A DNA stretch of 38,833 bases from Octopus bimaculoides (GCF_001194135.2 NC_068987.1:86577466-86616298), one strand, 5' to 3'; positions 22,790 to 34,400 are shown, numbered from the stretch's first letter. Made by a program: numbers and translations. Notes: generated from the sequence alone by a model not told the origin.

Positions 22790-24010
22790 CACCCCTCGTA
22801 CAAATAGGATCCGTAAAATATTTAATAGGCACATCCTGAGGGTACTATTTAGTTGTGAGCCAATGGAAAACAGTTATTAGAAAGTATTTCCACCCTGAGA
22901 CAGAGGTAGGATGCTCATATAGGGGAAATACATGTTCAATGAACGGCCACTGTAATAAGAAAACCGTCGTTTATGAGGCTCAGTTAACAGGAATTGGGAC
23001 AATTGGCCAACCGAACGTGCAAAGTACATAGGAGTAACTGAAGACCACTTCAGAACCCCATAACCACAAGTCCTACATCAACATCCCTGAGTGACGAAAC
23101 GCCTCAATCCTGGCCAAGCACGTATGGTCGTTGAAATAAAGCTCAACGAAATACAGCATAATGTGGGGGATAGAAGACAAATGTAAAACATACTTCAATA
23201 GCCGCAGTGAGTGCAGATTTTGCTTGGCCGAGAAGAATCATATTAAAGAGGTCTCAGTACCCAGACATCTATCTAAAGGCGTCTATCTGAACAGCAGAAG
23301 TGAAATTTCTAATCTTTGACCACATGAAAGGAAGTATATTCTATCATACCTAGCTGCCCCACCGGGACTATAACAACCATTCTCCCAGCCTCGGCCCTTC
23401 CACCACCAGTATCTGAGAACCGTGCTAAGATTTTCACTTGAAAATATACAAACGCACTCACAGACAAACGCATTCCCTAACACGGCGGACATCCAACCAA
23501 GTAATCCTTTTCACCCCCATTATAAGCCCCCCCCTCGTATAATACACGTACAAACACTTTATGCATACATAAATGCCCCAAACAATGTAACCATAGATTA
23601 ACCACCCCAAAATCCACAAATACCTTCACTGAAACCGTTACATATGTAGTACCATTGCATACATTGCATTTCTAGGAGAACATCAACCCCAAAACTTACA
23701 TATCTTTTACCCATACATAGTTTCCAGAAATTTCTTGTTGATTTGCAACATCCTCGGAGATGGTGTTTTGGTGCTAAGGGACAAATCTCTTAACTTAACC
23801 CTTGCTCGGTTCGTTTCATAGTTTCTTTCACAGGAACCACAAACTGGATTTTTCTTTTTCGCCTCCAGCAATAGAGAGCAATCGCCATATTTCATTCCAT
23901 AACTACCATTTCTGAAGAGCGCAGGGTTATATAACGGAGCTTTTACCTAACGCTCCGTTGAACTCTTAAACTCCTAGTGCGAAACCGATTGGTGAGATCG
24001 GCCGTAATGG
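22790..24010 (+). mobile_element. Penelope-like element 3' end: GIY-YIG endonuclease (degenerate) plus ~650-bp tail/pLTR
   Basis: KIFNRHILRVLFSC...CSMNGHCNKKTVVYEAQL...KYIGVTE...YNHKS...LAKHVWSLK...CRFCLAEK...LNSRSEI...RKYIL; homologous to 30358-31462 on the other strand. Confidence 0.88.
23906..24010 (+). ncRNA. type I hammerhead ribozyme-like motif in PLE tail
   Basis: CTGAAGA core (23912-23918), stem II GCGCAGG/CCTAGTGC, GAAA (23981-23984), helix CCGATT/GATCGG, then GCCGTA; PLEs are known to carry hammerheads. Confidence 0.62.
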
Positions 24011-24541
24011 ATCTACAATACTGAACATTTCGATTGATATATATCGTATCTTCCTCAATATCTTGGTTGCATGTTGAACATATTGATTATTGACTAAATA
24101 TTAAATAAAATTGAGATGGCATATGTACATTTTCGAAAGTTTCAATCTTCATAATTGTCTCTACTTGTGTACAAAAATGACTATACCGTATTCATTTTCA
24201 GAATATTCAGTTTGTTTATTTCGAGGTTTGGCTACGAACAACTGATGCTCCACGAAAGTTCGGCACATAGTCGGCAATAGTTCCAGTGAAAACTTGAAGG
24301 TTTTATGTAGATTATTTCAGTAACGAGGTGATTTAGTCGTTTCAAATCTTCGACTGGCTTGTGCGCGGTTTTCTTTAGGCATTGACTTCATCTCACGCTG
24401 CTCTGCAATCAGTTGTACCTCTCATGTATGGTACACAATGCACCTATAAGGTAAAGCCAGTTCCGTGGAGGGACTGAACTGGTGTACAGTACATGCATGT
24501 GATCAATATAAACAAATCGTTTTGCAGATTTTTTCATCAAT

Positions 24542-24583
24542 AGGCGCAGGAGTGGCTGTGTGGTAAGCAGCTTGTTTATCAAC
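24542..24583 (+). mobile_element. SINE family B 5' fragment
   Basis: AGGCGCAGGAGTGGCTGTGTGGTAAGCAGCTTG matches the family B head. Confidence 0.65.
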
Positions 24584-24659
24584 TGTCTTTCTTAGACTAC
24601 AAGAGACCACCATCATTCTTACTCTTTTTTAGTTTTATATATATATGTTCTTTTGGTAA

Positions 24660-25200
24660 GTTAATCTTTTGGGTTATATGGAGCCTTATGAATGGTAATG
24701 AAGCGTGGTATTTAGATTAGGAGATACTTTTGTAGGAAGATGAAGACGATTGGTGAAAACTATGTGTTTTAGTGTATGGACTTATAGGAAGTTAATAGGA
24801 GGATATTTATTTCAATTGATGGGCGAATTTCTTTATTGTTCCATTCCACTCAAGTTCGGAATTAAACATATATACAAAACTGTTATTATTATCATTTTGC
24901 ATTTACATTATCTTCGCCTTTATTCCAGTTTCGGTCATTTCTAAGATCTCCAGAATATTAATGATAACATTCATCTGTACAAAGTTTTTAAGGTGGTATC
25001 GTAAGTTAGCAATATTCATCAGACATCCAGAAACGCATTTATACAATAACGCTCTGGTGCCAGTGAAGCTAGATTGGAGCTTTACTGTGGTTGTTTTAAT
25101 TTTGCATCTATAGTAGACATATAACGCACCATCATCCTTCATTTAACATTGCCAGTTGCATAGGGTTTCATCTTCACATCACACCTGCTTCTTTCAATTA
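24660..25200 (-). pseudogene. possible decayed LRR segment
   Basis: SFTGTRALLYKCVSGC (25023-25070), LEILEMTETGI (24921-24953, LxxLxLxxTxI), TLKHIVFTNRL. Confidence 0.3.
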
Positions 25201-25499
25201 TTTTACCTCTAAGGTAGAGTATATATATAATATCATGCAAAGTCATCTACAGTTTATTGCTTTCTGTCTTAATAGACTTTGTGTTATCGCTGCATTGACA
25301 GAGGAAGCAATTAATTTGTAAATGACTTCATTATGTTACAGAAAAGTATAAGGTACGCAAATGAAGGTTATTCAAGGAAGGGTTTACAAATGCACACACA
25401 TATACTCACAAACACATATACATTTACATTCCCACATACTCATATATATATTATATCCAAACATGTAGATATTTATAAAAGTACATACAGAGGCATACG

Positions 25500-25769
25500 T
25501 ATTTATGTGTGTGTTTGTGTGTGTGCGTGCGTGTGTCCCTCTAGACATATATGCAAATATATCTACATATAAAATGTATGCATCATTACAGATATATATA
25601 TATATATATGCGTGTAGNNNNNNNNNNNNNNNNNNNNNNNNNNNNNNNNNNNNNNNNNNNNNNNNNNNNNNNNNNNNNNNNNNNNNNNNNNNNNNNNNNN
25701 NNNNNNNNNNNNNNNNNNNNNNNNNNNNNNNNNNNNNNNTATATACATATATATATATATATATATACA

Positions 25770-25806
<37 letters not shown>

Positions 25807-25870
25807 GCATGTGTGCGTGTGTGTGTATGTATGTATGTCAACATATTTTTATACACACACACACACATTA
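25500..25870. repeat. (TG)n/(TA)n compound microsatellites around a gap
   Basis: Direct reading. Confidence 0.93.
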
Positions 25871-26134
25871 AAACCATTTATGACTTCTGATTATGTTTTT
25901 ATACGTGCATAACGGCATAAATGTACTTATTTTGTAATTTTCCATACATCATTTTGTGGATTTTTGTTTTACATATTGCCTTGTCCCTAATAGAAGATAA
26001 ATGCTACCAGTGGAAAATAGAAGTGAAGCAGAACATTTCTTACTTCGTTTAGCAAAATGGTATATAATTATTGTCAATATCGAATCGAGAATTCCAGCAA
26101 ACGACCGTATTTCCTTCAACCTCTATAACATATG

Positions 26135-26404
26135 TATGTATATCTGTGTGTGTGTGTGTGTCTGTCTGTCTCTGTGTTTTATGTGTGTCAGTTAGTTTGT
26201 ACCTATGTATGTGTGTATGTTTACATAGAGACACAGTTGGAGGGATAGAGAAAAAGACTGATAGAGAGATAGATAGATAGAGAGAGTTATGTTGATAAAC
26301 TTATACATATGTCAATGCATGTGTATGCATCTGGAAATACACGGATACACACAAACGCACACACATACATCTACAAAAACGTGCTCACAAACATATATCT
26401 GAAT
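26135..26404. repeat. (TG)n, (ATAG)n, (CA)n microsatellites
   Basis: Direct reading. Confidence 0.88.
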
Positions 26405-26559
26405 NNNNNNNNNNNNNNNNNNNNNNNNNNNNNNNNNNNNNNNNNNNNNNNNNNNNNNNNNNNNNNNNNNNNNNNNNNNNNNNNNNNNNNNNNNNNNNNN
26501 NNNNNNNNNNNNNNNNNNNNNNNNNNNNNATATATATATATATATAATCTATATATATG

Positions 26560-27790
26560 TCTATGTATATATACGTGAAATCTGTGAACATACGGACAGA
26601 GTGATATACGTGAGATATACGATAAAAAGCAATTGTAGCCAGCGAAAAGAAGCATTTGTTCCAATTAGATACAATTAGGCCCCATGGTCCTTATGCCTAT
26701 TTCTGGATACAAATATATACTTTGCTAAGACTATCACCATTATCATTCCAATTAGTAGCAACGAGTACCATAGTTCCCTTGGGACTTGAACATTTTTAAT
26801 ATTTGAGTGAATAGAACTATTATGGAAGGTGTTGTTTTGGCCAACTAAGAGTTTTATATATACTTTCTCATATTTGAGATGGGTGGGTGTGAGTTTTGAT
26901 AGATTCGGTAACTCGTTAGTTCTTATTTCGCTCTGTTGTAAGTTTGTTTCTGTTGTTATCGTTCTGCTTAGGTTAGACGTGATGATGCAGTAAGTGATAT
27001 GATGAAAATATTCCGAATGCTGAAGATCGTTGTTCCGTAAATATAATGTATTTAACGCTACGATGTACACTGCGATTTCCATCTTAAAACTGTAAGATTT
27101 CATTGAGTGAATTTAACCTACTTTTTTTAAATATCAGATCGAATTACATTACGAAAATCTATTTTCTCAAGTAAATAATTTAACTTTATGTAGATAATCG
27201 TATTTTATTGTCTCTTGCAAAGGTCGTTATGCCACTACTAAACACATACTATTTGTATATCACGTCATTTTATTGGTCAACTAGGTAGCTATTTGCCGGC
27301 TTGGATAATATTGAAGAAAAGACAGTGAAATAGTAACAGGCGTGGTTTTATTATTGGTATAATTATCCCACCCCGGATACAACAAAATCTGTTTTTAAGC
27401 CTGCGTTCTCATCAACATCGAGAGTCTATCATATCAAACACACAAACGAAAGATTACCATAGACGAATAGCTCTCAGACGGTACAAACGTCAGTAAGTAG
27501 CTGTTGCCAACAGCTATGGACAATTGTGAATTGTGGTGAGATGTTCTCAGGAACGTTTGACCGTGGGTTTGAAATAGTATTATGCTTCAACTTCTTGGCC
27601 GTGACATTGTAGTCAGATAGAGAGTAATAGAAAATTAGTGATTCTTGAAGAGTTCACCATCGATGAATTGGATGTAGTCCTCTTTCATTTTCAGTATTGA
27701 TTAAAATATTTATTTCGGTTATGGTTGATTCTCAATACTGTTAAATCATCCATACCTCCCGCTGTTCAGTATCACTGTTTCTAAGAAAAT
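26560..27790 (-). pseudogene. putative decayed LRR-TM-TIR (Toll-like) gene, including a 142-codon ORF at 26675-27103
   Basis: LTVLRINHNR (27715-27744), IQFIDGELFKN (27641-27673), ELFVYGNLSFVC (27438-27473), IHSMKSYSFK...LNTLYLRNNDL (exact LxxLxLxxNxL, 27023-27055), TM LWYSLLLIGMIMVIVLAKYIFV, then YNCFLSY (TIR box-1-like, 26617-26637) about 23 codons later in a shifted frame. Confidence 0.45.
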
Positions 27791-28031
27791 TTCCATTTTG
27801 TGTTACGTGTTCTTGTGAGTTGTAACATATTCGGGACTAACGTATGTATATATATATATATATTTGAATATAATATATAGACAGTTATATATAATATAAT
27901 AGTCAGTATATATACTGACTATAAAATATATAGTCAGTTCGGATAAAAAACGAAAAAGGTAGCGAAGCAACAAACGTGAGGACGTGCACAAGAAGCATAT
28001 CAGCTAAACGCTCAATGCAAGTAGATAGTTT

Positions 28032-28058
28032 AACGTTTCGAGCATAGATCTTCGTCAG
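28032..28058 (-). ncRNA. minimal hammerhead-like motif (PLE pLTR fragment)
   Basis: Minus strand CTGACGA-A-GATC-TAT-GCTC-GAAACGTT: core, 4-bp stem II with one mismatch, palindromic AACGTT stem III; stem I does not pair. Confidence 0.45.
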
Positions 28059-28119
28059 ATAGTAGAAAGGGATAATTCCAAAGAAGGAGGAGATGAAAAA
28101 ATCGACAACCTACCAATTA

Positions 28120-28166
28120 CACACACACACACACATATGTATATATATAAGCATTGTATTGTATCG

Positions 28167-28212
<46 letters not shown>
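28120..28212. repeat. (CA)n/(TA)n microsatellite
   Basis: Direct reading. Confidence 0.93.
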
Positions 28213-28759
28213 GATCATGTGCCAGGCTGCAATACATCATAGAATTCTGCGAGAAGTATAAGGGCTTTGTGTTTAAAAATCCTTTTACGAAATCGGTCTG
28301 TCATATTTATCGATATAGCGCCTTATAACTNNNNNNNNNNNNNNNNNNNNNNNNNNNNNNNNNNNNNNNNNNNNNNNNNNNNNNNNNNNNNNNNNNNNNN
28401 NNNNNNNNNNNNNNNNNNNNNNNNNNNNNNNNNNNNNNNNNNNNNNNNNNNNNNNNNNNNNNNNNNNNNNNNNNNNNNNNNNNNNNNNNNNNNNNNNNNN
28501 NNNNNNNNNNNNNNNNNNNNNNNNNNNNNNNNNNNNNNNNNNNNNNNNNNNNNNNNNNNNNNNNNNNNNNNNNNNNNNNNNNNNNNNNNNNNNNNNNNNN
28601 NNNNNNNNNNNNNNNNNNNNNNNNNNNNNNNNNNNNNNNNNNNNNNNNNNNNNNNNNNNNNNNNNNNNNNNNNNNNNNNNNNNNNNNNNNNNNNNNNNNN
28701 NNNNNNNNNNNNNNNNNNNNNNNNNNNNNNNNNNNNNNNNNNNNNNNNNNNNNNNNNNN

Positions 28760-29145
28760 GAGGAGGAGGAGGAGGAGGAGGAGATGGATATTGAAGACGT
28801 ATTTACATTCCCAATCACGCACATATATACATAGACGCATCAAACAGACACCAGTATATATACAATTGCACATATAAACATACACACAGAATCCTTCAAA
28901 TATATTTACATATGTGTATGCGTGTGCGTGTAACACATGAACACAGCACATACATATATACGTGTACATATATACAGAGATGCGTTTGTATAGGGGGTAT
29001 AGGTGTCTGTGTGTGTATGTGTCTCTCTGTATGTGTATGTGTGTTTGCTCATTGTATGTATGAGTATGTGTGTGTATGTGTGTATGTGTGTGTATGTGTG
29101 TGCGTGTGTGTGCGTGTGTGTGGGGGGTGTGGGGGGTGTGGTGTG
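28760..29145. repeat. (GGA)n at gap edge, then degenerate CA/TA/TG microsatellite field
   Basis: Direct reading. Confidence 0.88.
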
Positions 29146-29844
29146 GAAGCACTGTATCTCACTTAAACTATGTAAGTAGCTATTTTGCTCTTCTGTTACC
29201 TAAAGTGCTCCATTCAATAAATGGCAATGGAGGCAACTGTCTGATGTCAATGTAATTACTTCTCATTCTGTAGAGAATACGACTGATTGGTAAATCTATT
29301 GTCAGTTGTTTGCTAGTTACATTTTATGTGCACATTTTATCGATAGTAATTATATCTACCTGATTATGCATTTGATATAACAGATAGCGCTGTTTGGGGT
29401 ATTGACTTGTTTTTGGTCTTGTATTAGTATATATGTTTTGTTCTTCCCGTTCTTTTTGTCAATACAACGCCCAGGAAATAAGTTGATGGTAGCGCCACCT
29501 GCTAAATATAAAGTTGACTTTGCTATTACATATCTACCATTATAACAATGTACTACATTCTTATATAAGTGTCCCCTCAAAAATGAATGTGTGATTTTTC
29601 AGAAGTGTCTGTTCTGTTCCATCTTTCCTTGTGGGACCCAGCAAACAATTGCGTAGGAGGCATCAGGCCATGGATGAGACTGAACTCGGTTCACCTGGCA
29701 ACCATACCGCTTTGCGTTTACACCGAAATAAGCAGCATATTGGGCAATTAAATTCTGCCACAATCTGAGTTTCACCTGTAAACTCCAATTGAACTTTCAT
29801 GTGTGTGCGTGTGTGTATGTGTCTGTGTGTGTATTCTTTTATTC

Positions 29845-30260
29845 TTTTATTCTTTTATTTCTTTATTTGTTTCAGTCATTCGACTGCGGCCATGCTGGAG
29901 CGCAGCTTTTAGTCGAGCAAATCGACTCCAGGACTTACTTTTTGTAAGCCTAGTAATTATTCCATTGGTCTTCTTTAACGAACCGCCAAGTTAGGGGGAC
30001 GTAAACACACCAGTATCGTTTGTCATGCGATGTTGGGGGGACAAACACAGACACACAAATATATACACACACATGCATACATACATATATGTATACGAGG
30101 GGCTTCTTTCAGCTTCCGTCTAACAAATCCACTCACAAGGCTTTGGTCGGACCGATGCTATAGTAGAAGACACTTGCGCAAGGCTCCATGCAGTAGGGTT
30201 GAACACGAAGCCATGTAGTTGATAAGCAAGCTACTTACCACATAACCACTCCTGCACCTA
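29845..30260 (-). mobile_element. SINE family B, full length, with long 3' extension and internal CA/TA microsatellite
   Basis: Head/CORE part at 30096-30260; extension TTTGTTTCAGTCATTCGACTGCGGCCATGCTGGAGC...GGGGACGTAAACACACC at 29860-30050. Confidence 0.88.
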
Positions 30261-30357
30261 TACGTATGTATGTATGCATACATACATACATACATACATA
30301 CATTCATACGTTCATACATACATGCATACATATAAATTGAAGTATAAAATGTTACAT

Positions 30358-31462
30358 ATTTATTACGGCTGATCTTACCAATCTGTTTAACACTAGAATT
30401 CATCGGAGTGTAACAGTCTGATTATGTAACCCTGCACTCATCGGATGTGAATATACAAATCCTGTTTGTGGTTGCTGTGAAAAAGATGATGAAGCATCGT
30501 CTCTGGAGGCGCTTTGTTGCCTGTGGGCAAGAGTTTTCTGGAAAATGTTTTGTAAGAAATTTGTGTCTTTAAAGGTGGTTCACCTGTGGAAAGGAAATGT
30601 ATGTAGTGCTGCTAAATGTATAGCTTTTGTGGGATGGGATCATATACATCATTGCTTGTTAGTGTGTTACCTTTCTTTTTATGTATCAGTTAATTTCGTG
30701 GTGCATTTATGTGTGCATGTGTTTGTGTGTACCGGTACAATGTGTAGAACCTTATATTGGAGGTAGTGGAAGAAAGTTTAAATGTCCGCCGTGATGGGGT
30801 GTGTGATTTTGTTTGTGGTTCAATTAGTGTATGTTCTGGTCACAATCTTTACTGGACTGGTGAACGGTCTAATTTAGAGGACTTCAGGATATCGTCATTA
30901 CATGGCAGGCAAGTATGATAAGATGTACTTCCTTTAATGTGGACAAGAATTACAAATTTCATCTCTGCTATTCAGGTAAATGCCTGTGTGCAGGGTGTTT
31001 TTAATATCGCTGTTTTCTGAAGCAGGTATAATCTGCAGTTCCTGATCCTATTGGAGTACGCATTACATTTCTCTAGAATGTTCTACTTTTTGTTGTACTC
31101 GGCGGCGCTTTCTTTCAATGAACATACGTCCTCGTCCAGGCTTGTGACGTCATGTCTCTCCGAAATATTAAAGGAGCATTTTCGGTGTAATAGCGTGTTC
31201 TGAAGGGGCCTTCATTTGCTCCCAAGTTTCGTTGCCAATTTGGTGGTACGGCTATTACCTCTGACTCATATACGACGGCCTCCGTGTTACAGTAACCGTT
31301 CAGTGGACATGATGTGTTATCCCTACATGAACATCCTGCCTCTGTCTCAGGTGCGGGTCTGCCTACTAAAATCTTTTTGACATTGGGTGCACAGCTAAAC
31401 GAAACTCTCCGTGTCTGTCAATTAAATATTTTGTTGAAACCATTTGTACGGAAGATGCTTTT
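30358..31462 (-). mobile_element. Penelope-like element 3' end (GIY-YIG plus tail), same family as 22790-24010, inverted
   Basis: FNKIFN*QTRRVSFSCAPNV...SCPLNGYCNTEAVVYESEV...EGPFRTRY...LNSRDEICNSCPH*RKYILSYL; the tail shares ACGGCGGACAT and the hammerhead region. Confidence 0.87.
30361..30450 (-). ncRNA. inactivated copy of the PLE hammerhead
   Basis: CCGATGA (U4>C) GTGCAGGG...TAGTGT TAAAC (G12>U) AGATTGGTAAGATCAGCCGTAAT. Confidence 0.5.
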
Positions 31463-31469
31463 ATATAGC

Positions 31470-31512
<43 letters not shown>

Positions 31513-32633
31513 NNNNNNNNNNNNNNNNNNNNNNNNNNNNNNNNNNNNNNNNNNNNNNNNNNNNNNNNNNNNNNNNNNNNNNNNNNNNNNNNNNNNNNNN
31601 NNNNNNNNNNNNNNNNNNNNNNNNNNNNNNNNNNNNNNNNNNNNNNNNNNNNNNNNNNNNNNNNNNNNNNNNNNNNNNNNNNNNNNNNNNNNNNNNNNNN
31701 NNNNNNNNNNNNNNNNNNNNNNNNNNNNNNNNNNNNNNNNNNNNNNNNNNNNNNNNNNNNNNNNNNNNNNNNNNNNNNNNNNNNNNNNNNNNNNNNNNNN
31801 NNNNNNNNNNNNNNNNNNNNNNNNNNNNNNNNNNNNNNNNNNNNNNNNNNNNNNNNNNNNNNNNNNNNNNNNNNNNNNNNNNNNNNNNNNNNNNNNNNNN
31901 NNNNNNNNNNNNNNNNNNNNNNNNNNNNNNNNNNNNNNNNNNNNNNNNNNNNNNNNNNNNNNNNNNNNNNNNNNNNNNNNNNNNNNNNNNNNNATATATA
32001 TAAGCATCTTCGTGCATGTGTACACACGCTCTAGTAAATATGCATATACACGCAGGCTCGCACACATGGAACATCCACCCGTGTATGCATCAGAAACGTA
32101 CATCAACAGACTCATGCAGCTGGTATACACACAATCTTGCTGGCTATGTATCTAAAGTCGCTCAAGTCTCTTCATATACCAGCCAAACTGCGAGTCACGC
32201 CCAACATCGTGTCTAGCCACACCGGCCAAGGAACACCTGTTTTTAATGGACATGGTGACCCTGAAATTTCGATTCAACTTCTAATGACACCATCTCAGCC
32301 ACCTTGACCAACAGCAACCCAGTTTCAAGCATTCATCGTGCACCTCTTGCACATCTGCATACGGTTACCAGAGTCCGACAAGCTACGTTTCTATGAGATA
32401 TTATGTTGCATTTTTCTATTGTCTTTTTGCTAAATTTTCATTACTTTTACAATGTATGCGTGTGTGTGTATGAGCTTGTGTGAATATATATGTATGAGCC
32501 TCTGTAAAATTTATGGGTATACAATATAACGTTTAGAGATTTGTATGAAAGCAAATATAACTTAAGAATAAAGGAGATTTTTTATACACAGCGACGTATA
32601 CCGGTAAGATTATAAGAAACAACACCGAAAACC

Positions 32634-32664
<31 letters not shown>

Positions 32665-32759
32665 TATTGCATGATATAAACTAAATTGATAATAGCTGCT
32701 TTGGTGTTGCTCTTCTGCTTGTTGTTCAATTAGTTATCAATTCTGTGTATCAAAAGACA

Positions 32760-34400
32760 TGCTCAGATAACATTATTCAAGCCACCATCTGTTCTGACCT
32801 TGCTAAAATACTGTATCAAATTCGACAACATCGTCTGTTGACGGCTCAAAAACTCCAGGTTTTGTAACGTTGTGTGTAATATATAAGTAAAAAATTAACA
32901 TTAACATTTTCCCTTGAATAGATATTTCATGCTTCAGTTATGAATATGAAATACATAAGAAATATTCTATTATCAAATAAAATCAATAATCATTGAAGTG
33001 ATAAATATTAACAACCTAGGTGGTATGGTATATGAAGGAACATGTATCTGCGTGGTATAAAATGATATGTGTGTTTGTTTTTCGTTATTTCTCTCATGTG
33101 AACATTTAGATAAATCGAGCACAAATGATGTTATTAGCTAATATCACGTATTATATTTCTTTTGAAGCAGAACTTAGGCAATTTCATGAGTTTTAAATAA
33201 TGATAATGAAAATAATGTTTCCTTTCATAAACTGTTAGATACTCATTATGTTAGTACGTATATACACACATGTACGACTATATTACATAAATGTTTATGT
33301 CCATCTGTATAAAGAGAGCGTAATATGTATATATACACGTATCATTTTTTATGCAAATATATATGCATATAAATGTGTATATCATATCTATATGTAAATA
33401 GATATTTATATGTATGTATGTATATATATGTATACATGTATGTATGTATGTATGTATGTATATATGCATATAAATGTGTATATCATATCTATATGTAAAT
33501 AGATATTTATATGTATGTATGTATATATATGTATACATGTATGTATGTATGTATGTATATATGTATATCATTGTGTGTGTGTGTGCGTGTGTTTGTTTAC
33601 ACACACATGCATTCAAAGAGGTTTGCGGCCGCCTTGTACTTCATCGTTGTCAATAGCTTTCCTGATTGTCCATGCCTCACTTCTGCCGTTGCGGATCTAC
33701 ATTGTTTGAAGCAATGGGCGAAAGTTGCTAGTTACCATCTGTTTCCGACTGGTTAAGTCTGCATACGTCACCCTCATCTCTCGCCATAGAACTTTCAGAA
33801 ATTGAAATGATAAATGATGTCACCATAATCAGACATTTTTATGTCATTAGCTTATAGTGATGAACGCTCGTACAACACGGGTCCCGCTCTCTGAGTCCCT
33901 GTGATTAGTACCTATCGGCATGCGGAAGTTAGATGGCTAGTAATCACGTGAAATCACAGAGTTTACATCCGCATGTGAGAAAAATTAGAATTGGAAGACA
34001 AGGAGAGTAGGTGAAAAACAAGTGAAATTACGTAGATACGAAAGACACTTTGTTTACGCGGTTGATTTCTGGTTTATATTATTTCACAACATTGGCCTCT
34101 TTTATTCGTAAATTGCTAGTATTCCGTAAAGTAGCTTTTCGAGAACGAATCAGAATTGTATGATAACATGTAAAATGCAATGTTAAGCTTGTTAATGAAA
34201 TGTTTCAGATTGCAAAAAAGCTGAGTTTTAATCGACTACTAAATTGTGATGACGTTTATGGACATAATTTTAAATAATGTTAAATTTGTTATATCATTTG
34301 ATCGACGATTTATTTTGCCATAACGGTCGTCTTGATAAACGCGGGAAAAACTTCATTAATAATTAACGTGAATGCCAAGTAGAATTTATTCAAACGGAAA
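32760..34400 (-). pseudogene. possible decayed LRR segments around a microsatellite field
   Basis: LNKFYLAFTLI (34361-34393), QLFCNLKHFINKLNIAF (34173-34223), VLDLSKC (33102-33122), LQNLEFLS near 32850. Confidence 0.33.
33260..33610. repeat. TA/TATG/TG low-complexity field with a 101-bp tandem duplication
   Basis: Unit TATATGCATATAAATGTG... at 33360-33460 and 33461-33561. Confidence 0.92.

Noticed and set aside
24203-24450. Possible plus-strand exon (TTTTCAG acceptor, AG/GTAAAG donor)
   Set aside because: All three frames contain stops and there is no supporting neighbour exon.
985-32130. Long ORFs in the track that contain X runs (e.g. 4544-5659, 15953-16525, 19353-20153, 28307-29152, 31314-32003)
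   Set aside because: They are open only because they span N-gaps and dinucleotide repeats.
32366-32395. Minus-strand GAAAC-GTAGCTT-GTC resembling a hammerhead stem III
   Set aside because: No CUGANGA core or stem II upstream.
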